64,000 nucleotides of DNA from Acidimicrobiia bacterium (GTDB taxonomy: Bacteria > Actinomycetota > Acidimicrobiia > Acidimicrobiales > VFJN01), in NCBI GenBank assembly GCA_046565645.1, contig JBKHYD010000034.1, positions 49,209-113,208 of the forward strand, read 5' to 3'. Every line of letters begins with the position of its first letter. Within the stretch, counting starts at the first letter, position 1. The notes under the pieces were generated by a model. The model was not told the origin of the DNA and made no database searches. It was given only the letters and a program-made list of their open reading frames with translations. Shown here in pieces: positions 8,515 through 18,368 of this stretch. The translations under genes were made by a program, and so were the position numbers.

Positions 8515-9461
8515 GCGGCCGGGGTGCGGTCGACGCGGACCGGTGCGCCCCGAGGGGCGGCCTCGCGGGCGGTCACCACCCACGTGACGACGCCCGCCGG
8601 GACCGAGACGACCGCAACGAGGTGGTGGGCGGCGTGGAGCGCCAATCCCGCCAGCGCCCGCAGGGGGCCGAGGCGGCGGAGCAGCAGCCCGTAGAACCCG
8701 CGGTTGAGCGCCACCAGCAGCACCAGGGCGAGGACGGCCAGCGGGAGGTGGGCGACGAGCACCGCCGCCAGGCCGGCGACCGTCGCCGCCGCGCTCGCCC
8801 GGTGTCGCCAGCCGCAGTTGAGGGCGCCGGAGAGCCGTCCGGTGCGGAGCTGCAGATCGACCCAGGGGATGCCTCGGCGGGTCAGGTCGGTCCAGAGCAT
8901 CGATCGCAGCGTCCACGCCTTCAGGTGGGTGCCCTGGATGGTGGGATCGAGCTCGATCGGGTGGCCCGCCGCGGCGAGCCGGGTCCCGAGATCGATGTCC
9001 TCGATCGAGGGGTGCGGGTATCGGTCCTCGTCGAAGCCCCCGACGGCGAGGAGCGCGTCTCGCCGGACCGCGCCGAGGCCGGTCCAGAACGTCTCCGCCG
9101 GGCCCGCGCTCGACTGGTGGACGTGGTGGTGGAGGAGGTTGCGGAACGCCGAGACGGTGGTCCGCACCGCAGGAGCGTCGTCGTAGGAGCCGAACACCGC
9201 CACGAGGCCCGGGACGGCGAACCGGGCCCGGATGCGCGCCAGGGCGTCGGGGGCCACCACGACGTCGGCGTCGACGAACACCACGACGTCTCCTCGGGCC
9301 CGGTGGAGCCCGGCGTTGCGGGCGGCGGAGGCCGACAGCGTCGGTTCCTGCACCACGATGACCTCGTCGGCCTGGTCCTCGCTCCCCCGCAGCGCGGTCA
9401 GGCACCGGTCGAGCGTGGGTGGGTGGTCGGTTGCCGGGATCACCACAGAGAGGCTGGCCAC
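8511..9461 (-). CDS. Glycosyltransferase family 2 with C-terminal transmembrane helices (polyprenyl-phosphate glycosyl synthase architecture, GtrB/ArnC/Ppm-like)
   Basis: LSVVIPATDHPPTL...ARNAG...VVFVDADVV...FDEDRYPHPSIEDIDLG, then the hydrophobic tail LAAVLVAHLPLAVLALVLLVAL...VAVVSVPAGVVTWVV. Start set at GTG 9461 (uncertain). Confidence 0.75.
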   Translation of the reverse strand: MASLSVVIPATDHPPTLDRCLTALRGSEDQADEVIVVQEPTLSASAARNAGLHRARGDVVVFVDADVVVAPDALARIRARFAVPGLVAVFGSYDDAPAVRTTVSAFRNLLHHHVHQSSAGPAETFWTGLGAVRRDALLAVGGFDEDRYPHPSIEDIDLGTRLAAAGHPIELDPTIQGTHLKAWTLRSMLWTDLTRRGIPWVDLQLRTGRLSGALNCGWRHRASAAATVAGLAAVLVAHLPLAVLALVLLVALNRGFYGLLLRRLGPLRALAGLALHAAHHLVAVVSVPAGVVTWVVTAREAAPRGAPVRVDRTPAA

Positions 9462-9489
9462 CTCGCTGACCGTAGTCCGATAACCATGC

Positions 9490-10902
9490 CTAACGCCCAA
9501 TCGGTGGCGAGGTGCACGTGTGGGACCAGACCGCCCACTCCGAGCTGCGGGCCAACGGCGCGGCGCCATCGTCGGCCAGTCGGCGGTCCACCGATCCGCC
9601 GGCGCGGGCGAACGTCGTCGCCGCCTCGTCCCCAGGGCGGGCGACCTCGTGCAGCGGGAGGTCGACGAACCAGGCCAGCGCCGGCCGCATGGGCCCCGCG
9701 TCCCGGGCCGGGTCGAGCGCCAGCGGTCGACAGGCACGGACGCCCTCGGCGCCTCCGGCGGCCGACAGCGCGCCCTCGAGGGCGGCGGCCACGTCGTGGC
9801 GGTCCCGGGTCTCTGCGTACAAGCTGGGCAGCGCCGTGGTGCGAGCGAGGAGAGACGGGACGCAGAGCAGCCCGATGGCGACCGCCCAGGCTCGGCGCGC
9901 GGCGGGCGACCCCAGGCGGTGGAGCGCGCGGGAGAGGGGGACGACAGCCAGCACGGCGAGGACGCACAGGAAGGCCGCGGAGGGGAGGTAGAAGCGGCTG
10001 AGGGCGGCGTAGCCGAGCAGGGTCGCCATCCCGACCACCACGGCCATCCACAGGAGCGCCAGCCCGCCGACGAGCAGGACGGCGCGGTCTCGGGCGGCGA
10101 CCGCCGCCGCGAGGGCCACGGCGGCCGCCGGCCACACCGGGAGCGGCACCGACCTCCATGCCCGCTCCAGCGCGAGGCGGAGCCGGTCGCCCACGGGTTC
10201 GTCGGCCACCACCTGGGCGGCGTCGGCGCCGTGCAACGGGGAGCCCGAGCCCCACCAGTCGCCCCCGAACCAGAGGACGAGCACCGCCACCAGGATGGCG
10301 AGCACGGCCGGTCGCCACGTGGGCTGCTGCACCCACACCCAGACGGCGGCGGCCGCGAGGAAGGGCCAGGCCTCCGGACGCATCAGCGACACGCCGGCCA
10401 CGAGGACGAGGGTGGCTGCGGGTCGGCCGGCCACGGCTCGCTCCGCCGCCAGGACGGCGAGGGCGACGGTCCCCGGCTCGCTGTGCGCCTCCGCCACCAG
10501 CCGCAGGAACCGCGGTCCCCCATCGGGGGTCAGCACCACGAGCGCGGCCGCCACGACCGCCGCCCACCCCGGGGCCCCGAGGCGACGGGCCAGTCGATGG
10601 GTGGCCACCAGCGCCACGAGCCCGGCGAAGCGGGCGAGGACGGCCCACGCGAGGGGGGCCACCTGGGCTCCCAGGGGCGCGAGGGCGGTCGTGAGGACGA
10701 CGGGAAGGGGCTTCCAGGACGGACCGCCCGTGGTGTCCAGCGCGCCGCGGGCCACCTCTCGACCCCAGACGAGCCAGGCCCACGGGTCGTAGGCCAGGGT
10801 GGCCGGCAGGGTGAGCGAGGCAAGCGCCACCGCTGCGCAGACCACGAGCGGGCGCCTGAGCGACGGCGGTGCGGCGGACGGCGCGCGTGGGGTGGTCAGC
10901 AC
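9490..10902 (-). CDS. Polytopic membrane protein, GT-C-fold glycosyltransferase-like (ArnT/PMT/arabinosyl-mannosyltransferase class)
   Basis: 470 aa with about a dozen hydrophobic segments. Position directly after an importer ATPase and before a GT2-TM gene. GTG start overlaps the ATPase stop by 7 nt. Family assignment is from architecture only. Confidence 0.5.
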   Translation of the reverse strand: MLTTPRAPSAAPPSLRRPLVVCAAVALASLTLPATLAYDPWAWLVWGREVARGALDTTGGPSWKPLPVVLTTALAPLGAQVAPLAWAVLARFAGLVALVATHRLARRLGAPGWAAVVAAALVVLTPDGGPRFLRLVAEAHSEPGTVALAVLAAERAVAGRPAATLVLVAGVSLMRPEAWPFLAAAAVWVWVQQPTWRPAVLAILVAVLVLWFGGDWWGSGSPLHGADAAQVVADEPVGDRLRLALERAWRSVPLPVWPAAAVALAAAVAARDRAVLLVGGLALLWMAVVVGMATLLGYAALSRFYLPSAAFLCVLAVLAVVPLSRALHRLGSPAARRAWAVAIGLLCVPSLLARTTALPSLYAETRDRHDVAAALEGALSAAGGAEGVRACRPLALDPARDAGPMRPALAWFVDLPLHEVARPGDEAATTFARAGGSVDRRLADDGAAPLARSSEWAVWSHTCTSPPIGR

Positions 10903-11936
10903 CGCTCGGGCGCGAGGACGCTGACCGGGCCGTCGACCCAGACCCTGACCTCGTCACCCGGGCGCCAGCTGCGCAGGCCGAGGCGGCGGGACCGGACCTG
11001 CGGACCGCCCTCCAGTGCCAGGTCCACGAGCTGGTCGTGGCCGAAGTAGGAGCGCCGCACGACGGTGGCGGTGACCGCGTCGGCGGGGACGCCGGGGTCG
11101 CGGGATCCGGCGATGGCCAGCGCCTCCGGCCGGATGACCACCTCCACCGCTCCACGCAGCGAGCGATCGGCCGGGAAGCGTCCGAGCGCGCACTCGACCG
11201 TGCCGTCGGCCGCGGTGCCCTCGAGCACGTCGGCCGCCCCGAGGAACTCGGCGGCCCATCGCGACGCCGGCTGGCCGTACACCACCTCCGGCGGACCGGC
11301 CTGCTCCACGGTGCCCTGGCGCATCACGATCACGTGATCGGCCAGGGAGAGGGCCTCCTGCTGGTCGTGGGTCACCAGGAGGGCGCTCGTGCCGGCCCGG
11401 CGCAGGATGGACGCCACCTCCTCCCGGAGCGACGTGCGCAGCCCCGCGTCGAGGGCGGCGAAGGGCTCGTCGAGGAGCACGACCTCGGGGTCCACGGCGA
11501 GTGCTCTGGCCAGGGCCACCCGCTGGCGCTCCCCGCCGGAGAGCTCGTGAGGGTAGGAGCGGGCTCGGTCGGCCAGTCCGACCAGCTCCAGGCACTCCTC
11601 GACCCGGCCCGGGGCCGGGTGGCCGAAGGCCACGTTGCGGCCGACGGTGAGGTGCGGGAAGAGCGCCCCGTCCTGGAAGACCATGCCGATGCGGCGCTCG
11701 TCGGGCTCCACCCAGGCGCCCTCGCCCGCGACCAGGCGACCACCGATCCGGACGCTGCCGGCGTCGGGCACCTCGAAGCCGGCCACCAGCCGCAGCAGCG
11801 TGGTCTTGCCCGACCCGCTCGGGCCGAGCAGGGCGACCACCTGGCCGGAGGCGACCTGCACGGTCGCATCTCGGACGGCGATCGTGCCGCGGAACGCCTT
11901 GCGCAGGTCGCGCCCGTCGATGGCCAGCTCGCTCAC
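10896..11936 (-). CDS. ABC importer ATP-binding protein (FbpC/PotA/CysA type, with C-terminal TOBE-like regulatory domain)
   Basis: Walker A GPSGSGKTT, signature LSGGERQRVALARAL, Walker B VVLLDEPF, 100-aa C-terminal beta domain. GTG start with TAGCGT 7 nt upstream. Confidence 0.9.
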   Translation of the reverse strand: MSELAIDGRDLRKAFRGTIAVRDATVQVASGQVVALLGPSGSGKTTLLRLVAGFEVPDAGSVRIGGRLVAGEGAWVEPDERRIGMVFQDGALFPHLTVGRNVAFGHPAPGRVEECLELVGLADRARSYPHELSGGERQRVALARALAVDPEVVLLDEPFAALDAGLRTSLREEVASILRRAGTSALLVTHDQQEALSLADHVIVMRQGTVEQAGPPEVVYGQPASRWAAEFLGAADVLEGTAADGTVECALGRFPADRSLRGAVEVVIRPEALAIAGSRDPGVPADAVTATVVRRSYFGHDQLVDLALEGGPQVRSRRLGLRSWRPGDEVRVWVDGPVSVLAPERC

Positions 11937-12043
11937 GGGACGAACGCTACCGGCTCCCCAGCACCGACTGTCAGTCCAGGCGGATGCGATCTGTCAAGCA
12001 CCCCTCACTACACTGGCTGGCGCCCCCGCACCTTGGAGCCGCA

Positions 12044-13075
12044 ATGCTCACCCGACTCATCCGCCTCCGCTGGCCGATCCCTGTCGCCCTCCTCGTCCTC
12101 GGCCTCGTCGTCGTCGGCGCTGGGATGGTGGTGGCGGGCGGCGACGACGACGTGCTGGTCGTCTACAACGGGCGCTCCCACTACGGCGACGAGTCCGTCT
12201 TCGCCGCCTTCGAGGAGGCGACCGGGATCGACGTCGAGCTGCGGGGCGGCACGGCGCCTGAGCTGTTCGAGCGGCTGAGGCGCGAGGGCGAGGACACGCC
12301 CGCCGACCTCCTCATCACGACCGACCTCGCCAACCTGTGGCGGGCCGACGAGGCCGGCCTGCTCGAGCCCGTCACCACGCCCGTCCTCGAAGAGGCCATC
12401 CCACCGGGGCTGCGGGCCGGCGACGGCGCCTGGTGGGCGCTCACCACCCGACTGCGCGTCCCGGTCGTGGCCACCGACCGGGTGGACCCGAGCGAGGTGA
12501 CGGGCTACGAGTCGCTCGGCGATCCCGCCTTCCGTGGCCGCACGTGCCTGCGGATCTCGTCGAACGAGTACAACCAGTCGCTGGTCGCCGACCTCCTGGC
12601 GAAGCGAGGTCGGGAGGCCACCGAGGCGCTGCTGCGGTCCTGGATGGACAACGACCCGGAGATCATCGGCTCCGACGGCGAGCTCCTCGCCGTCATGGCC
12701 GACGGCGGCTGCGACGTGGGCCTCGCCAACCACTACTACCTCGCCCGCACCCTCGCCGAGGACCCGGACTTCCCGGTGGCCCCGGCCTGGCCCGACCAGC
12801 AGGGCGCGGGCGCCCACGCCAACGTGTCGGGCATGGGGCTCGTCGCGGGGTCCGACGCCCGAGACGACGCCATCGCGCTGATGGAGTACCTCGTGTCCGC
12901 CGACGCCCAGGCCGAGCTCGTCGAGCAGGGCGAGTTCGCCGCCGACCCGGACGTCCCGCCCGCTGACCACATCCGGGGCTGGGCGGACGTGCGGATCGAC
13001 CCGATCGCGGTCGACGAGGCCGGCCCCCTCCTCGCCGAGGCCGTCGAGCTCATGCTCGAGGTCGGGTGGCGCTGA
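12044..13075 (+). CDS. Fe(III)-type ABC importer periplasmic substrate-binding protein (FbpA/AfuA-like)
   Basis: N-terminal TM/signal MLTRLIRLRWPIPVALLVLGLVVVGAG. VLVVYNGRSHYGDE...LLITTDLANLW...ALTTRLRV motifs of the iron(III)/thiamine SBP cluster. Start trimmed to ATG 12044 (GGAG 5 nt upstream). Confidence 0.75.
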   Translation: MLTRLIRLRWPIPVALLVLGLVVVGAGMVVAGGDDDVLVVYNGRSHYGDESVFAAFEEATGIDVELRGGTAPELFERLRREGEDTPADLLITTDLANLWRADEAGLLEPVTTPVLEEAIPPGLRAGDGAWWALTTRLRVPVVATDRVDPSEVTGYESLGDPAFRGRTCLRISSNEYNQSLVADLLAKRGREATEALLRSWMDNDPEIIGSDGELLAVMADGGCDVGLANHYYLARTLAEDPDFPVAPAWPDQQGAGAHANVSGMGLVAGSDARDDAIALMEYLVSADAQAELVEQGEFAADPDVPPADHIRGWADVRIDPIAVDEAGPLLAEAVELMLEVGWR

Positions 13076-14730
13076 CCACCACGGCCGACCGCCGGTCGAG
13101 GCGCCGGCTCCCCGGGTGGACGATCGTCGGGGCGGCCGTCGCGCTGCTGGTGGCCGGCCCCCTGGTGGCGCTTCCGGCCAGCTTCTTCGGCGAGGGCGAC
13201 GCCTTCGGTCAGATCGCCCGCACCCTGCTCCCAGAAGCGGTGCGGACGAGCCTGCTGCTGGCCACCGGGGTCGCAGTCGGGACCCTCGTCGTGGGGGGCG
13301 GCCTGGCCCTGCTGGTGTCGTTCTACGACTTCCCCGGTCGCGGCTGGCTGGACTGGGCCCTCGTGCTGCCGCTCGCCATGCCGGGCTACGTCCTCGTCTT
13401 CGTGCTCCTCGGCCAGCTCGGACTGGCCAGCCCCCTGCAGTCGAACCTCCTCGGCGGCGGGCTCGAGGTGCCGGGGCTGCGGAGCCTCCCCGGGGCGGTG
13501 GTCGTGCTCACCGGCGTGCTCTACCCGTACGTCTACGTCCTCGGCCGCAGCGCCTTCCTCGGCCAGTCCCGCCAGGCACTGGAGGCCGCGCGCTCGCTGG
13601 GCCGCTCCCACGGCCAGGCGATCCGCCAGGTGGCGCTCCCCCTGGCCCGTCCCGCGCTGGCGGCGGGTGCGCTGCTGGCCGTGATGGAGGCGCTGGCCGA
13701 CTTCGGGACCGTCGACCTGCTCGGCGTCCAGGCGCTGACCAGTGCCATCTACCGCACCTGGAACGGCACCTTCGACCAGGACGCCGCCCTGCAGCTGGCC
13801 ACCGTGCTCGTGGGCCTCGCGCTCACGCTCGTCGCGATCGAACGGCTCTTCCGGGGCCGCGCCCGCTACCACCAGTCGCTCGCCGCCGGCGACGCGGTGG
13901 TGCCACGGCCAATGGAGGGCTGGCGCCGCTGGCTCGCACCGGTCGGCCCCGTGCTGCTGCTGCTGGTGGTCTTCGCCCTGCCCGCCGCCCAGCTCGTCGC
14001 CTGGTCGTTCGAGACCATCGCAGAGGGCACGGTCTCGGATCGCCTGGGCCGGGCCGCGTTCAACACCCTCGCCCTCGGTGTCGTCACCGCGGCGGTGGCG
14101 GTCGTCACGGCCACCCTCGTGGCCTACGGGCAGCGGGCCCGACCGTCGGCGGGCGGGCGGATCACGGCCCGATTGGCGGCGGTCGGCTACGCCGTGCCGG
14201 GCACGGTCGTGGCCGTAGCGGTGTACGTGCCGCTGGTGTGGGTCGACCGCCGCCTCCACGACGCCGGCGAGCGGCTGCTCGGCGAGGACATCGGCCTGGT
14301 CTTCACCGGCACCATGCTCGGCCTGGTGCTCGCCTACCTGGTGCGCTTCCACGCGCTGGCCTACTTCGCCATGGACGCCCGGATGGCCCGGATCAGCTCC
14401 AACCTGGACGAGGCGGCCCGCTCCCTCGGCGCCGACCGGGCCCGGGTGCTCGCCGAGGTCCACCTCCCCCTCCTCGGCCCCGGGATGGTCACCGCGGCCC
14501 TGCTCGTGCTCGTGGAGGTCATGAAGGAGCTCCCCGCCACCGCGCTGCTCCGCCCGCTTGGCGGCGACACCCTGGCCATCACCGTGTGGGAGGCCACCAA
14601 GGACACCCGCTTCGACACCGCTGCGCTGCCGGCCCTCCTCATCGTGCTGGTGGGGCTCGTACCGGTGATCGTGCTGGTCCACCTCCTGCGCTCGGAGGGG
14701 TGGACCAGCGCGGCCGAGCAGCTGAGCTGA
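13066..14730 (+). CDS. Fe(III)-type ABC importer permease, duplicated two-domain form (FbpB-like)
   Basis: 554 aa. Two tandem MetI-like permease halves, each with an EAA-type loop (LEAARSLG.. / LDEAARSLGA..). 10-nt overlap with the SBP gene. Confidence 0.85.
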   Translation: MALTTTADRRSRRRLPGWTIVGAAVALLVAGPLVALPASFFGEGDAFGQIARTLLPEAVRTSLLLATGVAVGTLVVGGGLALLVSFYDFPGRGWLDWALVLPLAMPGYVLVFVLLGQLGLASPLQSNLLGGGLEVPGLRSLPGAVVVLTGVLYPYVYVLGRSAFLGQSRQALEAARSLGRSHGQAIRQVALPLARPALAAGALLAVMEALADFGTVDLLGVQALTSAIYRTWNGTFDQDAALQLATVLVGLALTLVAIERLFRGRARYHQSLAAGDAVVPRPMEGWRRWLAPVGPVLLLLVVFALPAAQLVAWSFETIAEGTVSDRLGRAAFNTLALGVVTAAVAVVTATLVAYGQRARPSAGGRITARLAAVGYAVPGTVVAVAVYVPLVWVDRRLHDAGERLLGEDIGLVFTGTMLGLVLAYLVRFHALAYFAMDARMARISSNLDEAARSLGADRARVLAEVHLPLLGPGMVTAALLVLVEVMKELPATALLRPLGGDTLAITVWEATKDTRFDTAALPALLIVLVGLVPVIVLVHLLRSEGWTSAAEQLS

Positions 14731-14746
14731 TCGACCGCCGAGCCGG

Positions 14747-16861
14747 TCAGCCTCCCAGCAGCACGTCGGGCAGCGGGCGCTCGTGGACGAGGACGAGGCG
14801 CTTCGTCGCCCGGGTGAGGGCCACGTAGAGCGCCCGTGCCCCCTGCACCTCCTCCTCGAGGATCGCCGCCGGCTCCACCACCACCGAGGCGTCGAGCTCG
14901 AGGCCCTTCACCAGGCTGACGGGCACAACCGTGATGGGCTGGTCGAGGCCGTGGCGCACCGCCCGGCCGAACTCCACCCCCGACCCCTCGAAGACCTCCA
15001 GCACCTCCGCCAGCGCGGAGTCGGGGACGATCACGGCGACGCTGCCGGGGTCGACCGCGTCGCGCTCGACCAGCGCCTGCTCCAGGACGACCTGGCCGAG
15101 GCGCCCGGGCTCGGCGGCCACGAAGCGGGGCTCGTCGCCGGCGTGGCGGACCGACGACGGCGGGGTGAGGTCGGGCGCCGCCAGGCGCAGGACCTTGGCC
15201 GCCAGCTCCATGTTGGGGCCCGGCAACCGGTAGCCGATGGTGAGCTCCTCCCGCCGGGGCGGGCGGCGGTCCGGGAGGTGGTCGAGCACCTCGTCCCAGC
15301 TGGCGTGGGCCCACGCGCCGGTGGACTGCGCGATGTCGCCCACGATCGTCATCGAGCCGTTGAGCGAGCGGCGGTTGAGCATCCGCAGCTGCATGGGCGA
15401 CAGGTCCTGCGCCTCGTCCACCACGATGTGGCCGTAGGTGCGGACGTCGTCGTCGGCCCGGCCGTTGCGGCGGCGCCTCGGGTTCGGACCGAGGAGGGCG
15501 CGTGCCTCGTCGAGCAGGGGCACGTCGTCGACGGTCCAGACGACGTCGCGGGGAGACTCCGATCGCTTCCGGTACAGCGCCAGCCGCTGCGGCTCGGAGA
15601 GGACCCGCTCAGCGGCGAGGTCCAAGAGGGCGTGCGAGCCGAACAGGTCGTGGAGCAGCTCGGCCGGCGTGAGCACCGGCCACATGCGCTCCAGGGCCTC
15701 CCGGACCTCGGGCGCGTGGCGGAGCCGCTGGCGGACCTCGCCCGCGTCCACCGGCACGCGGGCGCTGTCGGCGAGCGTGGCGAACACGCTGTTCTCCACG
15801 TGGCGGCGCCCGGCGTTGTGGATCCGGTACCGGCGCTTGGCGTCGGCCACGATCGCCTGGCTCTGGCCGGGGGTGAGCGAGAGGGTCTGCAAGCCGTAGC
15901 CCACCCGCATCGTGCGCCGGAGAGGCCGCTGCCGGTCGTGCACCGCCTTGGCCAGGACCCTCGCCATGCGGAGGTCGCCCTTCACCCGGGCCGCCTCCGG
16001 CTGGTCGCGCCCCTCGACCCGGAGGCTGAGCGGGTCGTCGAGGAGGTCGGCCAGGACGGCCAGCTCCACGCCGGCCTCGCCCAAGCTCGGCAGGACCTGC
16101 TCGATGTAGCCGAGGAAGAGCCGGTTGGGGCCCACCACCAGCACCCCTTGCCCCTCCAACGGGAAGCGGTGGGTGTAGAGGAGGTAGGCGGCCCGGTGGA
16201 GGGCCACGACCGTCTTGCCGGTGCCCGGCCCGCCCTGGACCACCAGCACACCGGGCAGCTCGGAGCGGATGATCTCGTCCTGCTCGGCCTGGATGGTGGC
16301 CACGATGTCGGTCAGGCGACCGGTGCGGGCCTCCTCCAGGGCGGCGATGAGGGTGCTCTGGCCCCGGATCTCCCGCCCGTCGTCGTCCACGGCCAGCTCG
16401 CCGCCCAGCAGCCCCGCCGACTCGCCGAAGAGCTCGTCTTCGATGGCGAGGAGCTGGCGGCCCCGGGTGGCGAAGTGCCGGCGCCGGACCAGCCCCATCG
16501 GGGAGCGGCCGGTGGCCCGGTAGAACGGCTCGGCCACCGGGGCCCGCCAGTCCACCACGAGCGGCTCGCGGTCGTCGTCGGCCACGGCCAGGCGCCCGAT
16601 GTAGAAGGTGTCGCCCCCCTCGGCCTGCGTGCGGTCGATGCGCCCGAACACGAGGCTGGCGTCGCCCAGCTGCAGCGAGGCCAGCCGGTTGGCGATGTTG
16701 CCCTCGATCATCTCCCGCTCCCAGCGGGCCTGCTCGGTGCCGCCCCGACCGACCTCCACCATCGACCGGAGGCGGGTGGCCTCCTCGCGCGTGGCCTCCA
16801 GCCGTTCGTACGCCCGGTCGATGTGGGCCTGCTCCGCAGCGAGGTCGGGATGCGACGTCAT
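14747..16861 (-). CDS. helD: HelD/UvrD-like superfamily-1 helicase (RNA-polymerase-associated HelD class)
   Basis: N-terminal coiled-coil region AEQAHIDRAYERLEATREEA, VVQGGPGTGKTVVALHRAAYLLY Walker A, IVVDEAQDLSP, C-terminal YVALTRATKRLVLV. Start set at ATG 16861 (GGGAGG 3 nt upstream) rather than 16894. Confidence 0.8.
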   Translation of the reverse strand: MTSHPDLAAEQAHIDRAYERLEATREEATRLRSMVEVGRGGTEQARWEREMIEGNIANRLASLQLGDASLVFGRIDRTQAEGGDTFYIGRLAVADDDREPLVVDWRAPVAEPFYRATGRSPMGLVRRRHFATRGRQLLAIEDELFGESAGLLGGELAVDDDGREIRGQSTLIAALEEARTGRLTDIVATIQAEQDEIIRSELPGVLVVQGGPGTGKTVVALHRAAYLLYTHRFPLEGQGVLVVGPNRLFLGYIEQVLPSLGEAGVELAVLADLLDDPLSLRVEGRDQPEAARVKGDLRMARVLAKAVHDRQRPLRRTMRVGYGLQTLSLTPGQSQAIVADAKRRYRIHNAGRRHVENSVFATLADSARVPVDAGEVRQRLRHAPEVREALERMWPVLTPAELLHDLFGSHALLDLAAERVLSEPQRLALYRKRSESPRDVVWTVDDVPLLDEARALLGPNPRRRRNGRADDDVRTYGHIVVDEAQDLSPMQLRMLNRRSLNGSMTIVGDIAQSTGAWAHASWDEVLDHLPDRRPPRREELTIGYRLPGPNMELAAKVLRLAAPDLTPPSSVRHAGDEPRFVAAEPGRLGQVVLEQALVERDAVDPGSVAVIVPDSALAEVLEVFEGSGVEFGRAVRHGLDQPITVVPVSLVKGLELDASVVVEPAAILEEEVQGARALYVALTRATKRLVLVHERPLPDVLLGG

Positions 16862-16939
16862 CGTCCTCCCAGACGAAAACGAGGGATCGGCCATGTTACT
16901 CGCCGCTGGCCCCTTTCTGGCGTCGCCCCACCCGGGGGG

Positions 16940-17197
16940 TCAGGGGCCGGGATCCTCCCCCACCTCCCGCAGGGCATCGCGCAGGGCCATCCGCAGCCGC
17001 CGGGCGACGGCGGGGGACAGGTGGGCGATGAGGCCCGCCCCCGGGCGACCCACCTCCTCGAGGGTCAGCACGACCCGCGGCTCGGCGTCGTCGTAGTCGT
17101 CGCTGATGGCGACCGCCCAGGACAGCCGCTGGAGGTCGTCGTCGCTCGGGGGCAGCTCGTCCGGGCGGAACGGGTGGTCGTCGATCGAGCGTCGCAC
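16940..17197 (-). CDS. Hypothetical small acidic protein
   Basis: Very high third-position GC and a non-shadow-like composition ([44 protein letters not shown]...). The 181-aa ORF-track N-terminus looks spurious. GTG 17197 is a guess. Confidence 0.45.
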   Translation of the reverse strand: MRRSIDDHPFRPDELPPSDDDLQRLSWAVAISDDYDDAEPRVVLTLEEVGRPGAGLIAHLSPAVARRLRMALRDALREVGEDPGP

Positions 17198-17273
17198 GCC
17201 CGCATCACACCACGCCGGCCGACGGTGGGGGCTGATGGCGCGCCGTTGGGGGACGGGCCGTAGCGTGATCGGG

Positions 17274-18368
17274 ATGGCCGCCGCCCGACCCTCCGACCCC
17301 TCGATCGACGACCCGCTCGCATCGGCCCCACCCCTCCTGCGCGCGGCGCGGGGCCTGCCCGTCGACCGGGTGCCGGTGTGGTTCATGCGCCAGGCGGGCC
17401 GATCGCTGCCCGAGTACCGGGCCGTGCGGGGCGAGGGCAGCATCCTCGACGCCATCCACGATCCTGAGCTGTCGGCGGAGATCACGCTGCAGCCCGTGCG
17501 CCGCTACGGCGTCGACGCCGCCATCCTCTACAGCGACATCGTCGTGCCCGCCCACGCCGTCGGCTTCGGCGTCGACGTCACCCCCGGGGTGGGCCCGGTG
17601 GTCACCGAGCCGTTCCGCTCGGCCGCCGACCTCGACCGGCTCCGACCGTACGAGCCGTCCGTCGATGCGCCGTACGTGGGCGAGACGGTCCGGCTCGTGG
17701 TGCAGGAGCTCGGTGATGCCACGCCGCTGATCGGCTTCGCCGGGGCCCCCTTCACGGTGGCCAGCTACCTCGTGGAGGGCCGGCCCTCCCGAACCTACGG
17801 CAAGACGAAGGCGCTGATGCACGGCGAGCCCGACCTGTGGCGCGAGCTGCTCGACCGGCTGGCCGACATGGCCATCGCCTCCCTCCTCGACCAGATCGGA
17901 CACGGCGCCCGGGCCATCCAGCTCTTCGACTCGTGGGCCGGGGCGCTCCCGCCGGACGTGTACGAGGAGCTCGTCCTGCCCGCCAGCGCCAAGGTGTTCG
18001 AGGCGGTGGCCGGCACCGGCGTGCCCCGCATCCACTTCGGGGTGGGCACCGGTGAGCTGCTGCCCCTGATGGGGGCGGCCGGCGCCGACGTGGTGGGCGT
18101 GGACTGGCGGGTGCCGCTCGACGTCGCCCGCACCCGGCTGCCCGGCAAGGCCGTCCAGGGGAACCTGGACCCTGCGGTGTGCCTCGCCCCGTGGGAGGTC
18201 GTGGCGGAGCGCACGCGAGACGTGCTGGCCCGCAACGGTGGGCGCCCCGGCCACATCTTCAACCTCGGCCACGGGGTGCTGCCCGAGCTCGACCCCGGGG
18301 TGCTGAAGGCGGTGGTGGACCTCGTCCACGAGGAGGGCCATCAGCACGGGAGCCGGCCCGGTGCCTGA
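17274..18368 (+). CDS. hemE: Uroporphyrinogen decarboxylase
   Basis: [43 protein letters not shown]. Start ATG 17274 with TAGCGT 7 nt upstream. Confidence 0.9.
   Translation: MAAARPSDPSIDDPLASAPPLLRAARGLPVDRVPVWFMRQAGRSLPEYRAVRGEGSILDAIHDPELSAEITLQPVRRYGVDAAILYSDIVVPAHAVGFGVDVTPGVGPVVTEPFRSAADLDRLRPYEPSVDAPYVGETVRLVVQELGDATPLIGFAGAPFTVASYLVEGRPSRTYGKTKALMHGEPDLWRELLDRLADMAIASLLDQIGHGARAIQLFDSWAGALPPDVYEELVLPASAKVFEAVAGTGVPRIHFGVGTGELLPLMGAAGADVVGVDWRVPLDVARTRLPGKAVQGNLDPAVCLAPWEVVAERTRDVLARNGGRPGHIFNLGHGVLPELDPGVLKAVVDLVHEEGHQHGSRPGA

Noticed and set aside
11937-12043. Search for an IdeR/DtxR iron box or other operator in the divergent promoter of the Fe(III) importer genes. The regions upstream of 3172 and 1940 were also searched.
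   Set aside because: There is no match better than a few scattered bases to TTAGGTTAGGCTAACCTAA. Only a TACACT -10-like hexamer and a short CTGTCA(G/A) direct repeat are present, so I make no claim.
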